A DNA stretch of 64,000 nucleotides. It comes from Minisyncoccota bacterium (GTDB taxonomy: Bacteria > Patescibacteriota > Minisyncoccia > Phycocordibacterales > UBA9973). Both the position numbers and the translations under genes were made by a program. The notes beneath the pieces were generated by a model, which saw only the letters and a program-made list of their open reading frames with translations, was not told where the DNA came from and searched no databases. Shown piece by piece: positions 30,849 to 42,099 of the stretch. The stretch is taken from positions 6,019 through 70,018 of the forward strand of contig JBAZVG010000001.1 in NCBI GenBank assembly GCA_041661005.1. Direction: 5' to 3'. Position 1 is the stretch's first letter, and every line of letters begins with the position of its first letter.

Positions 30849-32211
30849 GCAATTTTTTAAAGATAAAAAGGTGACGGTGATGGGCCTTGGGCTTCTAGGC
30901 AAGCGCTTGGGCGACATTGCTTTTCTGGTTGAATGCGGAGCGAAGGTTTTGGTAACGGATTTAAAAACTGCAGAAGAACTGGCGCCGTCAATAAAAAAGC
31001 TCCGAAAATATAACCTGCCTCGACTAGGCAAGGCGGGAAATATACAATATGTGTTGGGCGGACATCGATTGGAAGATTTTGAAGATAAAGATTTTATTTT
31101 AAAGGGGCAGGGGGTGGCGCTTGACTCCCCGTATATTTTGCACGCCAGAAGCAGAGGCATACCGATAGAGATGGATGAGTCTTTATTTGCGAAACTTGCT
31201 CCGAAAGTAAAGATAATTGGAATTACTGGAACTCGCGGTAAAAGCACCACGACTATTCTCATTTATGAAATTCTATCTGCCTTCGCTAAAGCTTCGGCAA
31301 GACAAAGAAAGTTTGGGAATGTATATCTTGGTGGAAATATTAGAGGCACAGCTGCTTTACCACTTTTGAAAAAAGTAAAAGATGGTGATTTTGTTGTCTT
31401 TGAGCTTTCTTCATGGCAATTGCAGGGTTTTGGTGAAGCTCTTATTTCTCCACACATCTCTGTATTTACTAATTTCATGTCTGATCACATGAACTATTAT
31501 GGTTCGACTACGCTCACCACAGGCAAAGCAATGGAAAGATATTTTGCCGATAAAGCTTACATTTATAAATTTCAAAATGAAAACGATTTTCTTATTTTAG
31601 GTCCCAATATGAAAGATAAGATCGAGGACGCTAAAAGCAGAACCATCAATGCTGATATCAGCACCATCCCTGTGAATTGGAAAATAAAATTACCAGGGAA
31701 ACACAATTTAGAAAATATCGCCTGCGCTTTGGAAGTTGCAAAGTTATTAGAGATTCCAGAAAAGATTGTAAAAAAAGTGATAGAGAATTTCAAAGCCATA
31801 GAGGGCAGACTCGAATTGGTTAAAGACATAAGAGGGATAAAAATTTATAACGATACTAATTCCACAACTCCAGAGGCCACTATTACTGCTCTTTATTCTT
31901 TTGGCACGAAAGTAATCCTCATCATGGGTGGCATGGACAAAGGCTTGGGGGTTAGTGATTTGAATGAAGTTTTGCCGGATAAAACTAAAAATATCTTTCT
32001 AATTCCCGGTTCCGGAAGCGATAAAATAAATAATCCAAAAATAAAAATAGAAAAAGTGGCAAGTCTAGAAGAGGCAATCTCTAGCGCCATGAAAATAGCG
32101 AAAAGAGGAGATGTGATACTTTTCAGCCCAAGTTTTGCGTCTTTCAATATGTTTAAAAACGAATATGACAGAGGGGAGAAATTTATGCAGATAGTGAAGA
32201 ATCTGAAATGA
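30835..32211 (+). CDS. murD: UDP-MurNAc-L-Ala:D-Glu ligase with three in-frame palindrome insertions
   Basis: GITGTRGKST, ELSSWQL, YNDTNST, SPSFASF..F..EYDRG. Confidence 0.93.
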   Translation: MKDFKQFFKDKKVTVMGLGLLGKRLGDIAFLVECGAKVLVTDLKTAEELAPSIKKLRKYNLPRLGKAGNIQYVLGGHRLEDFEDKDFILKGQGVALDSPYILHARSRGIPIEMDESLFAKLAPKVKIIGITGTRGKSTTTILIYEILSAFAKASARQRKFGNVYLGGNIRGTAALPLLKKVKDGDFVVFELSSWQLQGFGEALISPHISVFTNFMSDHMNYYGSTTLTTGKAMERYFADKAYIYKFQNENDFLILGPNMKDKIEDAKSRTINADISTIPVNWKIKLPGKHNLENIACALEVAKLLEIPEKIVKKVIENFKAIEGRLELVKDIRGIKIYNDTNSTTPEATITALYSFGTKVILIMGGMDKGLGVSDLNEVLPDKTKNIFLIPGSGSDKINNPKIKIEKVASLEEAISSAMKIAKRGDVILFSPSFASFNMFKNEYDRGEKFMQIVKNLK

Positions 32212-33031
32212 TTTCTACTTCATGTTTGCCAAACCATTTTTTGACCAATTTAGTCACATTTTGAGTTTTGTCTGTAACTAAAATTTTAACGCTTTTATTT
32301 TTGGATAGTTTTTCGGTAATTTCTAGGTGACGAGTGAGATATTCTTTAAACTTTCTGGGAATTACCTCATCTTGAGAAATAATTTTCACGTTTTTCGGTA
32401 TTAATTTTTTAATTTCTTTTTTCAATATAGGGTAATGTGTGCATCCCAAGACCAAGCTATCTAGGTTTTTCTTTAGTAGTGGTTTTAAATACTTTAAAAG
32501 AAACGGCGTCGAAAGTTTGTTTTCTCCTTCTTCAATGATAGACACCAAGACGGGAGCAGGATTTTGAAAAACTTTTATTTTTTTATTCAGTTTTTTTATT
32601 TCTATCGGGAATGTGTTTGAAGCTACAGTTCCAAGAGTTGCCAGCACGCCGACTCTTTGATATAGAGATGCTGTTTCAGCAGCTGGAATTAAGACGCCGA
32701 GGACTTTTCTGTCTGGATAATTTTTTGGCCTGCCTCGCCTAATGCGATTCAAGGCGGGCAAATATTTTTGTTGGATTTCGCGTAATGCTCTGGCGCTAGC
32801 TGTGTTGCAGGCGATGATGACAATGGCGCAATTTTCTTTACGAAAAAGGTGATCTACAGCCCGTTTTGTAAATTCATACACTGCGTCATGCGATTTGTTG
32901 CCGTAAGGCACCCTTTTTGTGTCTCCAAAATAAACATAGTCGTATTCTGGCATCATTTTATGTATTGCTTTGGCGACAATAAGCCCACCTAGCCCTGAAT
33001 CGAAAATTCCAATTTTCATCTTTTGCGTCAT
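32183..33031 (-). CDS. murI: Glutamate racemase
   Basis: FDSGLGG, PYG, IACNTAS, LGCTHYP. Confidence 0.97.
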   Translation of the reverse strand: MTQKMKIGIFDSGLGGLIVAKAIHKMMPEYDYVYFGDTKRVPYGNKSHDAVYEFTKRAVDHLFRKENCAIVIIACNTASARALREIQQKYLPALNRIRRGRPKNYPDRKVLGVLIPAAETASLYQRVGVLATLGTVASNTFPIEIKKLNKKIKVFQNPAPVLVSIIEEGENKLSTPFLLKYLKPLLKKNLDSLVLGCTHYPILKKEIKKLIPKNVKIISQDEVIPRKFKEYLTRHLEITEKLSKNKSVKILVTDKTQNVTKLVKKWFGKHEVEIISDSSLSA

Positions 33032-33084
33032 TTTTGCATTCTAACATATTAGAGATTTATGGTATATTAAACTTTAATTAACCC

Positions 33085-34365
33085 ATGCAATTAGATTTAT
33101 CCCTCGGTCGTAGCCGTACGGGCGAGGCAAAAATTAAAAAAGTATTCTTTATTGGTATTGGCGGTATCGGTATTTCGGCTTTAGCCAAGATGGCTATTTC
33201 ACGTGGAATATATGTGTCCGGGGTAAATGACGAAGAAAGTCCGAAAACTCTTGACTCACTCCATGAAGTAGGTGCAGAGATTATTTTTCAAAAAGATTTG
33301 AAAAAATTACCGGAAGCTGATCTATATATTTACAGCGATGCTTGGATATATCGAGGGCCTGAAATATTACAAAGCGCAAAAAATACAGGTAAACCCGTTT
33401 TGTCTTATTTTGAAGCGCTTGGACAATTTGCAAAAGAATACAAAGTCATAGCTATCGCCGGCACTCATGGCAAGACGACGACTACCAGCATGGTCGCAGA
33501 AGTTATGGTGGAGGCTGGTCTTGACCCCACAGTAATAGTCGGAAGTTTTGTTAAAAAGTTTGATTCTAATTTCCGAAAAGGGAATGGTGAATATCTAGTG
33601 GTGGAAGCGGATGAATACAACAGGCATTTCTTAAACTTTAATCCATTCATCGGGGTTGTCACAAACATTGAAGCTGATCATTTGGATTGTTATAAAGATT
33701 TGGTAGACATAAAAGGAGCTTTTGATAAATTTCTTTCTCAATGTGAAAATAAGATTGTGGATTACGGTAAATATTTAGAAAAAGTTCCGAAGCTTTCTGT
33801 GCCCGGGTCGCATAATAGAATGAACGCTGCTGCGGCGTTGGCGGTTGCAGACATTTTAAAGATTCATGAGGATGTTGCCAAAAAAGCATTATCAGAATTT
33901 GGTGGCACTTGGCGTAGACTTGAGAAAAAAGGGGAGACAAAAGATGGTGTGATTGTTTACGATGACTATGCCCATCATCCGACAGAGATAAAAGCCAGTC
34001 TCCAGGCATTACGAGAGCTTTATCCTGAACATGGCGAAAGGCAGAAGAAAATAACAGTTGTGTTTCAACCTCATTTATATAGTCGAACCAAAGCTTTGTT
34101 CGATGATTTTGCTAAAAGTTTCGGGCAAGCAGACAAAATATTGCTTTTACCCATTTATTTTGCCCGAGAAGACAAAGATGAAAGTATCTCAAGCGAAAAA
34201 CTTTCTGAAGCTATCAAAAAGGAAGGGGGTGATGCGCGAGCTTTTGCTGACTTTAAATCAGCTGAAAAAGCTGTCTCTGCTTTGGGTTTGGGATCCGATG
34301 ATGTGTTTGTAACCATGGGGGCGGGGGAAGCTTATAAAGTGGCTGAAAAAGTATTCGGAATGTAG
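33085..34365 (+). CDS. murC: UDP-MurNAc:L-Ala ligase
   Basis: IGIGGIGIS, GTHGKTTT, EADE, DDYAHHPTE, FQPH. Confidence 0.96.
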   Translation: MQLDLSLGRSRTGEAKIKKVFFIGIGGIGISALAKMAISRGIYVSGVNDEESPKTLDSLHEVGAEIIFQKDLKKLPEADLYIYSDAWIYRGPEILQSAKNTGKPVLSYFEALGQFAKEYKVIAIAGTHGKTTTTSMVAEVMVEAGLDPTVIVGSFVKKFDSNFRKGNGEYLVVEADEYNRHFLNFNPFIGVVTNIEADHLDCYKDLVDIKGAFDKFLSQCENKIVDYGKYLEKVPKLSVPGSHNRMNAAAALAVADILKIHEDVAKKALSEFGGTWRRLEKKGETKDGVIVYDDYAHHPTEIKASLQALRELYPEHGERQKKITVVFQPHLYSRTKALFDDFAKSFGQADKILLLPIYFAREDKDESISSEKLSEAIKKEGGDARAFADFKSAEKAVSALGLGSDDVFVTMGAGEAYKVAEKVFGM

Positions 34366-34509
34366 CAAAATTTAGGAAAATTCTTTCTTGATATAGTTTT
34401 ATCTAGACACGACATAATTTTCTGCTGAAAATTTGCTATGCTCGGCTCGACAGCCTGCGCAATGTCTATCTAAAACTACACCTGCAACAAATTTTCCTAA
34501 ATTTTACTA
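34363..34509. repeat. Long-arm hairpin element with cataattttctgctgaaaatttgc core
   Basis: Outer arms 34363-34382/34490-34509; inner arms 34394-34409/34463-34478; 24 bp core identical to 47500-47523. Confidence 0.8.
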
Positions 34510-34603
34510 TTTTTAACCTTATTTGTCAATATGCCTATGTCAAAATATCCTTATTTTATAAGGTTTTTTCTGTTTGACATACTGTGAAAGTATTGTATAA
34601 CTA

Positions 34604-34632
34604 TTGACATTTAAACCGGATTATGCTATCAT
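34604..34632 (+). promoter_or_regulatory. Near-consensus sigma70 promoter
   Basis: TTGACA-17-TATCAT with extended TG; second TTGACA/TATAAC pair at 34574-34601. Confidence 0.75.
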
Positions 34633-34713
34633 TAAAGTGTATCCTTATTATATAGGCCAGATGACTTATCTGCCTTATTAAATAAGGGTTTTTTAGTTTT
34701 TAGCCCAAATTAT

Positions 34714-35331
34714 ATGAAAAATAAAACATTAATAAGATTCGTAGAATCATTTATTCTTTTGCCAGTTATGACAATGTCTGGAGCGTCTGTGGGGCCCATC
34801 TCACAAGCAGTTATTGACGTTGTTAATACTCCATCGTCTTTATTGTCACAAAAACAAAGCATTGAGGCTTCTGATCTTTTAGCTCTTAACCAAGCTATTG
34901 ATCAAAAGAATAAGGCAGACGCTATCGATACATATTTCGAAGCGCGCAGTATGCCACTTAAAGGTACAGGCATGAAGATGGTTCTGGAGGCAGAAAAAAA
35001 TGAACTTGACTGGCGCTTATTGCCGGCGATAGCTATCCGAGAATCAACTGGAGGTAAATTTGCTTGTAAAAAAGTAACGTATAATTCCTTTGGATGGGGT
35101 TCTTGTAAGATTGGCTTCGATTCAAATGAAAAAGCGATTGAAATAGTGGCTCGCAATTTGGGTGGTAACAATCCGAATACTGATCATCATTATGCCGGAA
35201 AGACTACGAAACAGATATTACAGAAATATAATCCTCCTTCCGTTGTACCTCGTTATGCAGAACAAGTGATGTCTATAATGGATGACATTGGCAAGATAGA
35301 TGAAATAGTAATCCCTAACGCAACTACATAA
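34714..35331 (+). CDS. Secreted lysozyme-fold (glucosaminidase/SLT-like) peptidoglycan hydrolase
   Basis: DWRLLPAIAIRESTGG, NSFGWG, YNP...YAEQV. Confidence 0.75.
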   Translation: MKNKTLIRFVESFILLPVMTMSGASVGPISQAVIDVVNTPSSLLSQKQSIEASDLLALNQAIDQKNKADAIDTYFEARSMPLKGTGMKMVLEAEKNELDWRLLPAIAIRESTGGKFACKKVTYNSFGWGSCKIGFDSNEKAIEIVARNLGGNNPNTDHHYAGKTTKQILQKYNPPSVVPRYAEQVMSIMDDIGKIDEIVIPNATT

Positions 35332-35332
35332 C

Positions 35333-35368
35333 AAAAAATCCTCCGACTCGGGTCGGAGGATTTTTTGT
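35333..35368. terminator. Bidirectional terminator between convergent genes
   Basis: aaaaaatcctccgac-tcgg-gtcggaggatttttt. Confidence 0.85.
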
Positions 35369-35387
35369 TGCTTCTTTTTTATTTTCT

Positions 35388-36482
35388 TTATTCTAGATAA
35401 ACCAGAGTCATTTTTTGATCTTTTGGTTCAAAGAGGGTGATTTGGAAATTGTAATTTTTACCGAGTTCTAATTTTTCGCGCAGTTTACTTTCTGATGCAA
35501 AAGTGGAATTATGCACCAGTCCAGCAACGCCTTCTTTGATGGAGACGAGCGCGCCATGCTTGTTGTATTTTATAACTACTCCTTTGATAATATCTCCCTT
35601 TTTTAATTTGCCTTCAAATTCTTTCCAAGGATTTTCCTTGAGGGCTTTTATAGAAAGAGATATTTTACTGTCTTTGATTTCTATCACTCGTGCGCGGATT
35701 TTTTCTCCCACTTTAAACATTGAGCGGGGATTTTCTACGAGCCCCCAATCGAGTTCAGATATATGAACTAGGCCTTCTAATCCATCTTCAAGCTTTACGA
35801 ATACTCCAAAATCAACTAATCCTGCTACGGTGCAGTCCAAGTCCTCTCCAACATGATATTTGCTCAAGATTTCTTTTTTCTCTTCAGGATTATTGTCTTT
35901 TTCGGAGAATATCAGTTTTCCTTCTTTCGGTAGTGTTGAAATAATCATCACAGAGATCTGTTGTCCAACCAATTTTTTCAGCTCTTTCAATATTTTATCT
36001 TTATCAGAATCAAGCACGCGAGGATAATGGTCAGCTTTGAGTTGGGATGCGGGCAAGAATCCTTGTATGCCCTGCCATTCCAAGATTAACCCTCCCTTGT
36101 TTGCATCTTTTATTTCTAAACTCATCACTGTCTTTTCTTTTATCGCCTTTTCGGCTTCGTTCCATGTGAGTGCTTGCTTGGCTTCTTTTAAAGAAAGTTC
36201 TATATAGCCATCATTATTTTCCATATCGACAACCTTTGCTTTGATGATATCGCCGATACTTATTTTTTTGATTATATCTTTTGCGTTGATAAATTCTCGG
36301 CCATAAATGATACCCGTCCCGTATGGCGCGAGGTCAACATATACGGATGATTTTTCTACGCCGATGACTGCTCCTTCTACCAGAGAATCAACTTCTGGTT
36401 TATTTACACTACGAGAGACGATAGAACTCAGAACTGGATTTGCGTCTACTATTACTGTTTCTTCTTTGATTGCTTTAACCAT
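35388..36482 (-). CDS. rpsA: 30S ribosomal protein bS1 (4 S1 domains)
   Basis: ANKGGL, GFLPASQL, DFGVFV, GLVHISEL, ISLSIK. Confidence 0.92.
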   Translation of the reverse strand: MVKAIKEETVIVDANPVLSSIVSRSVNKPEVDSLVEGAVIGVEKSSVYVDLAPYGTGIIYGREFINAKDIIKKISIGDIIKAKVVDMENNDGYIELSLKEAKQALTWNEAEKAIKEKTVMSLEIKDANKGGLILEWQGIQGFLPASQLKADHYPRVLDSDKDKILKELKKLVGQQISVMIISTLPKEGKLIFSEKDNNPEEKKEILSKYHVGEDLDCTVAGLVDFGVFVKLEDGLEGLVHISELDWGLVENPRSMFKVGEKIRARVIEIKDSKISLSIKALKENPWKEFEGKLKKGDIIKGVVIKYNKHGALVSIKEGVAGLVHNSTFASESKLREKLELGKNYNFQITLFEPKDQKMTLVYLE

Positions 36483-36681
36483 AAAATTTGTGTCTAAAAT
36501 TAAAAATCCGCCTAAAGCGGATATAAGGCTTAGGTTCTAATTCGGCTGATGCCTTACTAGGGTTACCCTAAAATCCATGCTTTTAATGTATTAATTTCAT
36601 ATTACTATAAATCTTTTAAAATGCAAGACCTCATCAGGTTTTTATTTTCTTTTTTCATCAAAATATGTTAGAATAGAGCTA

Positions 36682-37341
36682 ATGATAATCACATATTTCG
36701 GCAAACAATTTTTTAAGATCCAACAAGGGGAGATAGTTTTATCTTTTAATCCTGTCAGTAAAAGCTCAAAGACAGGTATAAATGCTCATTTTGGCGCTGA
36801 TATTGCCCTTGTCACTACCAACCATCCTGATTACAATGGGCTTGAACAGCTTTCCCATGGGGAGCGAGTGCCTTTTGCGATCACCGGCCCGGGGGATTAT
36901 GAGGTTAAGAAAATTTTTATCAAAGGAGTGCTGTCTGATGCGCTTATCGCCGACCCGCGCTCCGCCAAAGGCTCTGGCGAGGCGAGCAAAAAATATATCA
37001 ATACAATTTATATATTGTCGGTAGATAATATCAATATCGTATTTCTTGGCGCGTTGTCAAATTCTGAAATCTCAAAGGAGGCGCACGAAGCGATAAATAG
37101 TCCGGACATTCTTTTTGTTCCAGTCGGAGGCAAGGGGCTCTTAGATGCTAAGTCGGCTGCAAAATTAGCATCTACTTTCGAGCCCAAGATGATCATACCG
37201 ATGGATTACGATGATGCATCTCTGAAAGCATTTCTGAAAGAAACAGGAGAAGAAAAAGCCGAAGTAGTCGAAAAGTTGACGCTTAAACTGAAAGATTTAG
37301 AAAATAAAGAAGGGGAAGTGGTTGTTTTAAAAGCTATATGA
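36682..37341 (+). CDS. MBL-fold protein (degenerate metal site)
   Basis: MIITYFG, HPDYN, GPGDYEV, DILFVPVGG, IIPMDY. Confidence 0.8.
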   Translation: MIITYFGKQFFKIQQGEIVLSFNPVSKSSKTGINAHFGADIALVTTNHPDYNGLEQLSHGERVPFAITGPGDYEVKKIFIKGVLSDALIADPRSAKGSGEASKKYINTIYILSVDNINIVFLGALSNSEISKEAHEAINSPDILFVPVGGKGLLDAKSAAKLASTFEPKMIIPMDYDDASLKAFLKETGEEKAEVVEKLTLKLKDLENKEGEVVVLKAI

Positions 37342-37383
37342 CCCATTCAATGGAATTCAGGGTCATGGTGATACAATAGAACC

Positions 37384-37632
37384 ATGAAAAGAATTATTCA
37401 TCACATCAGACGCCAGCCCGAGAAAGTTCGAATACATATTTTACATGTATCGACTGTTGTCTGCGCTATCATCTTGTTGTTTCTTTGGGTTTATTCTCTA
37501 GGAACGAGCTTGGCCAGTCCTGACACTCAGGTCAAAGTGAGCAATGACTTGAAACCATTTTCTGCGCTTAGAGACAATCTGATTGGCGGATATAAAAGTA
37601 TTTCAGAGTCCGATAAAGCTATAACGGAATAA
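37384..37632 (+). CDS. Small membrane hypothetical protein
   Basis: Single TM; TGnTACAAT 6 nt upstream of ATG. Confidence 0.7.
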   Translation: MKRIIHHIRRQPEKVRIHILHVSTVVCAIILLFLWVYSLGTSLASPDTQVKVSNDLKPFSALRDNLIGGYKSISESDKAITE

Positions 37633-37641
37633 TTTTTTTTC

Positions 37642-40113
37642 ATGAAAAAATCTTTAGAGACAAAAGAAGACGCAGGCGGTGTAGACAAAATTCTTCCAGT
37701 TGATGTCGTGACTGAAATGAAAGAGTCGTATTTGGCATACGCGATGTCTGTCATCACATCTCGCGCCTTGCCTGACGTCAGGGACGGATTGAAGCCGGTG
37801 CATCGCAGAATTTTGTTCGCCATGCATGAGATGGGACTCACCTCTTCCGCGCGTTTTAGGAAATCAGCCGCAGTTGTCGGAGATGTGCTTGGTAAATACC
37901 ATCCGCATGGAGATGTCGCAGTTTATGATTCGATGGTGGGCATGGCGCAAGAATTTTCTTATCGTTATCCGTTTATTTTGGGGCAGGGGAACTTCGGTTC
38001 CATTGATGGAGACAATGCCGCCGCTATGCGTTACACCGAGGCAAAAATGTCTAAAATATCGGGAGAACTTCTGAGAGATTTAGAAAAAGAAACAGTTGAT
38101 TTTCGCCCCAATTACGATCAGACCCGCAAAGAGCCGATAGTCTTTCCTTCTTCTGTGCCGGCGTTACTTTTGAACGGCACCTTGGGCATCGCTGTCGGTA
38201 TGGCTACGAATATCCCTCCACATAATTTGGCTGAAGTTTTGGATGCTACTAATCTTTTAATTGAAAATGAAGATGCTACGACAGAGGATTTGATGCAGTT
38301 TATAAAAGGTCCAGATTTTCCCACTGGGGGAATAATCTATGGATACAAAGACATGCTCCACGCTTACTCAGGAGGACGAGGTGGTGTCGTGACGAGAGGT
38401 GAAGCGGAAATAGTCGAACAAAAAGATGGTAATTTCTCCATTATCATAACTTCGATTCCTTTTCGAGTAAATAAATCAAATTTGATAATGGCGATAGCGG
38501 AGCTGGTGCAGGAAAAAAAGTTGGAAGGTATAAAAGGGCTTCGCGATGAATCAACCAAAGACATCAGGGTTGTGATCGATCTGAAAAGCAGCGCGCATCC
38601 TGAAAAAGTTTTAAATTATATTTACAAAAATACCCAGCTTGAATCAAATTTTAATTTCAATATTGTGGCGTTGGTGGATGGAGTTCCTCAGACCTTGTCA
38701 CTTAAATCAATTCTCGAGCAGTTTGTTTTACACAGAAAGGAGATTGTAAAAAGAAGAAGCGCTTACGATCTAAAAAGGGCCGAAGAGCGCGAGCATATCT
38801 TGCTTGGTCTCAAAAAAGCGTTGGACAAGATAGATCGTGTGATAACCGTGATCCGTGGATCCAAAAATTCTCAAATCGCAAAATTTAATTTAATGAAAGA
38901 ATTCAAGTTTTCTGATTTGCAGGCGACGGCAATTCTCGAAATGAAGCTGTCAAAATTGGCCGGGTTAGAGAGGCAAGCAGTAGAGGACGAACTCAAAGAA
39001 AAACAGAAATTTATTGCAGAGATGAAAGATCTCTTGGCAAGTCCAAAGAAAATTCTAAAGACAATTGCTACGGAATTAAAAGAAATTCGCGAGAAGTATG
39101 CCGACGAGAGAAGGACAAAGATAGTGAAGGGTGGAGTCAAAGAAATTTCTGACGAAGATTTAGTGCCAGAAAAAGAAACAATGCTTGTTTTGACGGCTGG
39201 CGGATATGTAAAATGCACTGATCCTTCTGAATATCACGCGCAAAAGCGGGGTGGAGTCGGAGTGGTTGACCTTGAAACCAAAGAAGAAGATTTTGTGACG
39301 ATGCTCGTATCCGGTTCTACTCACAGCAATCTACTTTTCTTTACAAATCTCGGCAAAGTTTATCAAATGAAAATGTATGATATTCCCGAAGGTCGCAGGG
39401 CGACTCGCGGTAAATCGATTATGAACTTTTTAGCGCTAGGAGGAGAGGAAAAAGTAACTTCGATTCTTGCAATGCCGAAAGATTTAACTAAAACTTCTTC
39501 TTCACTTATGCTGGTTACCAAGAATGGCACAGCAAAAAAAATGTCTTCAGAAAGTTTCAAAGATGTGCGCCGAAGTGGAATTATTGCCATTCGTTTAGAT
39601 AAAGATGATCAGCTTGTTTCTGCTCTTTCTATAGAAAAAGGAGATGAGGTTATGATCGCGACAGCTGAAGGTCAATCAATCAGATTTAAAGAATCTGATA
39701 TCAGAGAGATGGGTAGGACGGCAGGAGGTGTGCGTGGAATAAAACTAAGCAAAAATGATGCAGTTATTGGTGTGGATGTTATAAAAAATAATCAACAAAA
39801 AGAAAAAAGATCTGGGGCATTTTTGACCATGAGCGCAAATGGGTTTGGAAAGAAGACCGATCTGAAAGAATATAAAGTTCAAAAACGCGGCGGTTCCGGT
39901 GTGAAAACCGCGAAAGTTACTACAAAAACAGGCAAGCTCATTGTTGCGAAAGTTTTGACTGGCGAGGAAGAAGAATTGATTGCCATGTCCAAAAAAGGTC
40001 AGGTCATCCGAACAGCTTTAAAAGATATTTCATCCCTTGGCAGACAAACACAAGGTGTGACAATTATGCGTCTCCGCGCCGGCGATGGCATTGCATCGCT
40101 TGCGTGTATCTGA
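37642..40113 (+). CDS. gyrA: DNA gyrase subunit A
   Basis: [29 protein letters not shown], GyrA box QKRGGVG. Confidence 0.98.
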   Translation: MKKSLETKEDAGGVDKILPVDVVTEMKESYLAYAMSVITSRALPDVRDGLKPVHRRILFAMHEMGLTSSARFRKSAAVVGDVLGKYHPHGDVAVYDSMVGMAQEFSYRYPFILGQGNFGSIDGDNAAAMRYTEAKMSKISGELLRDLEKETVDFRPNYDQTRKEPIVFPSSVPALLLNGTLGIAVGMATNIPPHNLAEVLDATNLLIENEDATTEDLMQFIKGPDFPTGGIIYGYKDMLHAYSGGRGGVVTRGEAEIVEQKDGNFSIIITSIPFRVNKSNLIMAIAELVQEKKLEGIKGLRDESTKDIRVVIDLKSSAHPEKVLNYIYKNTQLESNFNFNIVALVDGVPQTLSLKSILEQFVLHRKEIVKRRSAYDLKRAEEREHILLGLKKALDKIDRVITVIRGSKNSQIAKFNLMKEFKFSDLQATAILEMKLSKLAGLERQAVEDELKEKQKFIAEMKDLLASPKKILKTIATELKEIREKYADERRTKIVKGGVKEISDEDLVPEKETMLVLTAGGYVKCTDPSEYHAQKRGGVGVVDLETKEEDFVTMLVSGSTHSNLLFFTNLGKVYQMKMYDIPEGRRATRGKSIMNFLALGGEEKVTSILAMPKDLTKTSSSLMLVTKNGTAKKMSSESFKDVRRSGIIAIRLDKDDQLVSALSIEKGDEVMIATAEGQSIRFKESDIREMGRTAGGVRGIKLSKNDAVIGVDVIKNNQQKEKRSGAFLTMSANGFGKKTDLKEYKVQKRGGSGVKTAKVTTKTGKLIVAKVLTGEEEELIAMSKKGQVIRTALKDISSLGRQTQGVTIMRLRAGDGIASLACI

Positions 40114-40115
40114 TT

Positions 40116-40204
40116 CTCCTCTTGAGGAGTACTCCGACCTAGGTCGGAGGGAGGTGGATGAATTCTCCACCCCGTCTCGCAAGCGAGCCACCCCTCAAGA
40201 GGGG
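40116..40204. repeat. REP-like nested palindrome
   Basis: ctcctcttgagg...cctcaagagggg enclosing tccgacctaggtcgga and other hairpins. Confidence 0.7.
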
Positions 40205-40227
40205 AATAAATATGGTATAATTAACTC

Positions 40228-40752
40228 ATGTTCACCGATCCAATAAAAAATCTAAAAGCTTTAGGATTGCGAGAAGATAATATTGTTGCTGATCTTGGCG
40301 CAGGGACAGGATTCTATTCTGTTGCCGCAGGTCATATAGTCCCCAAGGGAAAAGTTTATGCTGTTGAAATCGATAAGGACTTTTTGGCGACAATAAAGGA
40401 AAAAGTAAAAGAGGCTCGTCTCAACAACGTCGAGATTCTCTGGGGAGATATATCTAAAAATGGCGGGACTAATATAGGAAACAAGATTGTGGATGCGGTG
40501 ATTGCTTCCAACGTTCTTTTTCAAGTGGAAGATAAACACAGATTTATTGAAGAGATAAAAAGAATATTAAAACCGAGGGGTAGGGTGTTGTTGATTGATT
40601 GGGTGGAGTCTCCGATTGTGAATGCCAAGACTGTTGTTCCCAAAAACAAAGCTCGCGAGATGTTTGAAAAAAAAGGTTTTATCTGGCAACAGGATATTAA
40701 CACAGGGGCGTATCATTATGGTATGATATTTGGGTTGGGCTCTAAAGATTAG
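40228..40752 (+). CDS. Class I SAM-dependent methyltransferase
   Basis: VADLGAGTG, VYAVEI, RILKPRG. Confidence 0.9.
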   Translation: MFTDPIKNLKALGLREDNIVADLGAGTGFYSVAAGHIVPKGKVYAVEIDKDFLATIKEKVKEARLNNVEILWGDISKNGGTNIGNKIVDAVIASNVLFQVEDKHRFIEEIKRILKPRGRVLLIDWVESPIVNAKTVVPKNKAREMFEKKGFIWQQDINTGAYHYGMIFGLGSKD

Positions 40753-40766
40753 GTTTTGGTCAAAAC

Positions 40767-42059
40767 ATGAAAAATTTTCAGATTGTAACTATAATCGTAT
40801 TCATTGCTCTAGCTGTTTTTGGCGTTTTGGTTTTTTCCGGCGCGATCCCGATTGGGGACGACAATACTCCCGGAGGATTGGGTACTGTAGTTTTATGGGG
40901 AACGATAAATGGAACTACATTGGCGCCGCTCTTGGAAGAGTTTAATAATGTTAATCCGACTTTTACAGTAAAATATGAACAAAAGGGGATTAATAATTTT
41001 GATCAGGAGCTGCTTGAAGCGCTGGCTAGCGGTGTGGGACCGGACATGTTTTTCTTGCCCGATGATCTCGCGTTTCATTATGCCAATAAAATTTTCCCTA
41101 TCCCATACGAGAGTTATCCTCTAGTCTCTTTTAAGAACAATTTTGCAAGCGCAGGCGAAGTATTTTTGACTTCACGCGGTATTTTAGCTTTTCCATTGTC
41201 TATTGATCCACTGATGATGTATTACAATCGTAGCCAGCTGGATGCTAATGGAATTATTCGCCCGCCAGTTTTATGGGATGATCTGGTTGATATGGTGCCG
41301 AAACTTACCAAGAAAGATGATTCAAATAAAATATCCAAAAGCGCGGTTGCGTTGGGGCATTTTTCAAATGTTACCCATGCCAAAGACATTTTGTCCGCTC
41401 TTTTTATGCAGACGGGGAATAGCATTGTCACGGAGCAAAATGGGGTTTTCAATACAAACCTTGATACGCCCAATCCAAAATACAACCTCGCATCGATCTT
41501 AAAATTTTACACTGGTTTTGCCGACCCAAACAACAGAGATCTATATTCCTGGAATAAATCATTTCCTAATTCCAGTGATTCATTTTCCAGAGAAGATTTG
41601 ACGTTTTATTTCGGATTTGCGAGCGAACTTGTGCCCTTGATAAATAAAAATCCCAATCAAGATTTGGCTGTCGCGCCTATTCCGCAAATCAAAAATTCGA
41701 ATTTCAAATTGACCACGGCGCAAGTGATGGGGATAGCACTACTATCATCATCTAAGAATTTTAATACAGCTTTTACAGCAGCGAGCCTCATGGCTACAGG
41801 AGATTTTGCTTCCAAGTTTGCTGTCGCTTTAGGGGTGGCGCCAGCCCGTCGCGACCTGCTCAAGGTGAAGCCAACAGACGCTTATTCCCCAATTTTTTAT
41901 GATTCAGCTCTCTATGCAAAAAGCTGGCTTGACCCTAGAGAAAAGGATACAGACAACATCTTCCGTAACATGATCGATGGAGTGCTATCGAACAACATGA
42001 CTGTCCAAAGCGCGATATCTGATGCCAGCGCGAAAATTAATTTATTATTGCAGAGATAA
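40767..42059 (+). CDS. Membrane-anchored extracellular solute-binding protein (sugar-type), no cognate permease nearby
   Basis: TM, LWG, ALASGVGPD, DPLMMYYN, APIPQ. Confidence 0.85.
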   Translation: MKNFQIVTIIVFIALAVFGVLVFSGAIPIGDDNTPGGLGTVVLWGTINGTTLAPLLEEFNNVNPTFTVKYEQKGINNFDQELLEALASGVGPDMFFLPDDLAFHYANKIFPIPYESYPLVSFKNNFASAGEVFLTSRGILAFPLSIDPLMMYYNRSQLDANGIIRPPVLWDDLVDMVPKLTKKDDSNKISKSAVALGHFSNVTHAKDILSALFMQTGNSIVTEQNGVFNTNLDTPNPKYNLASILKFYTGFADPNNRDLYSWNKSFPNSSDSFSREDLTFYFGFASELVPLINKNPNQDLAVAPIPQIKNSNFKLTTAQVMGIALLSSSKNFNTAFTAASLMATGDFASKFAVALGVAPARRDLLKVKPTDAYSPIFYDSALYAKSWLDPREKDTDNIFRNMIDGVLSNNMTVQSAISDASAKINLLLQR

Positions 42060-42099
42060 TCAGGTTCTAGTTTCTAGGGGCTAGGTTTTTAGTAAACAA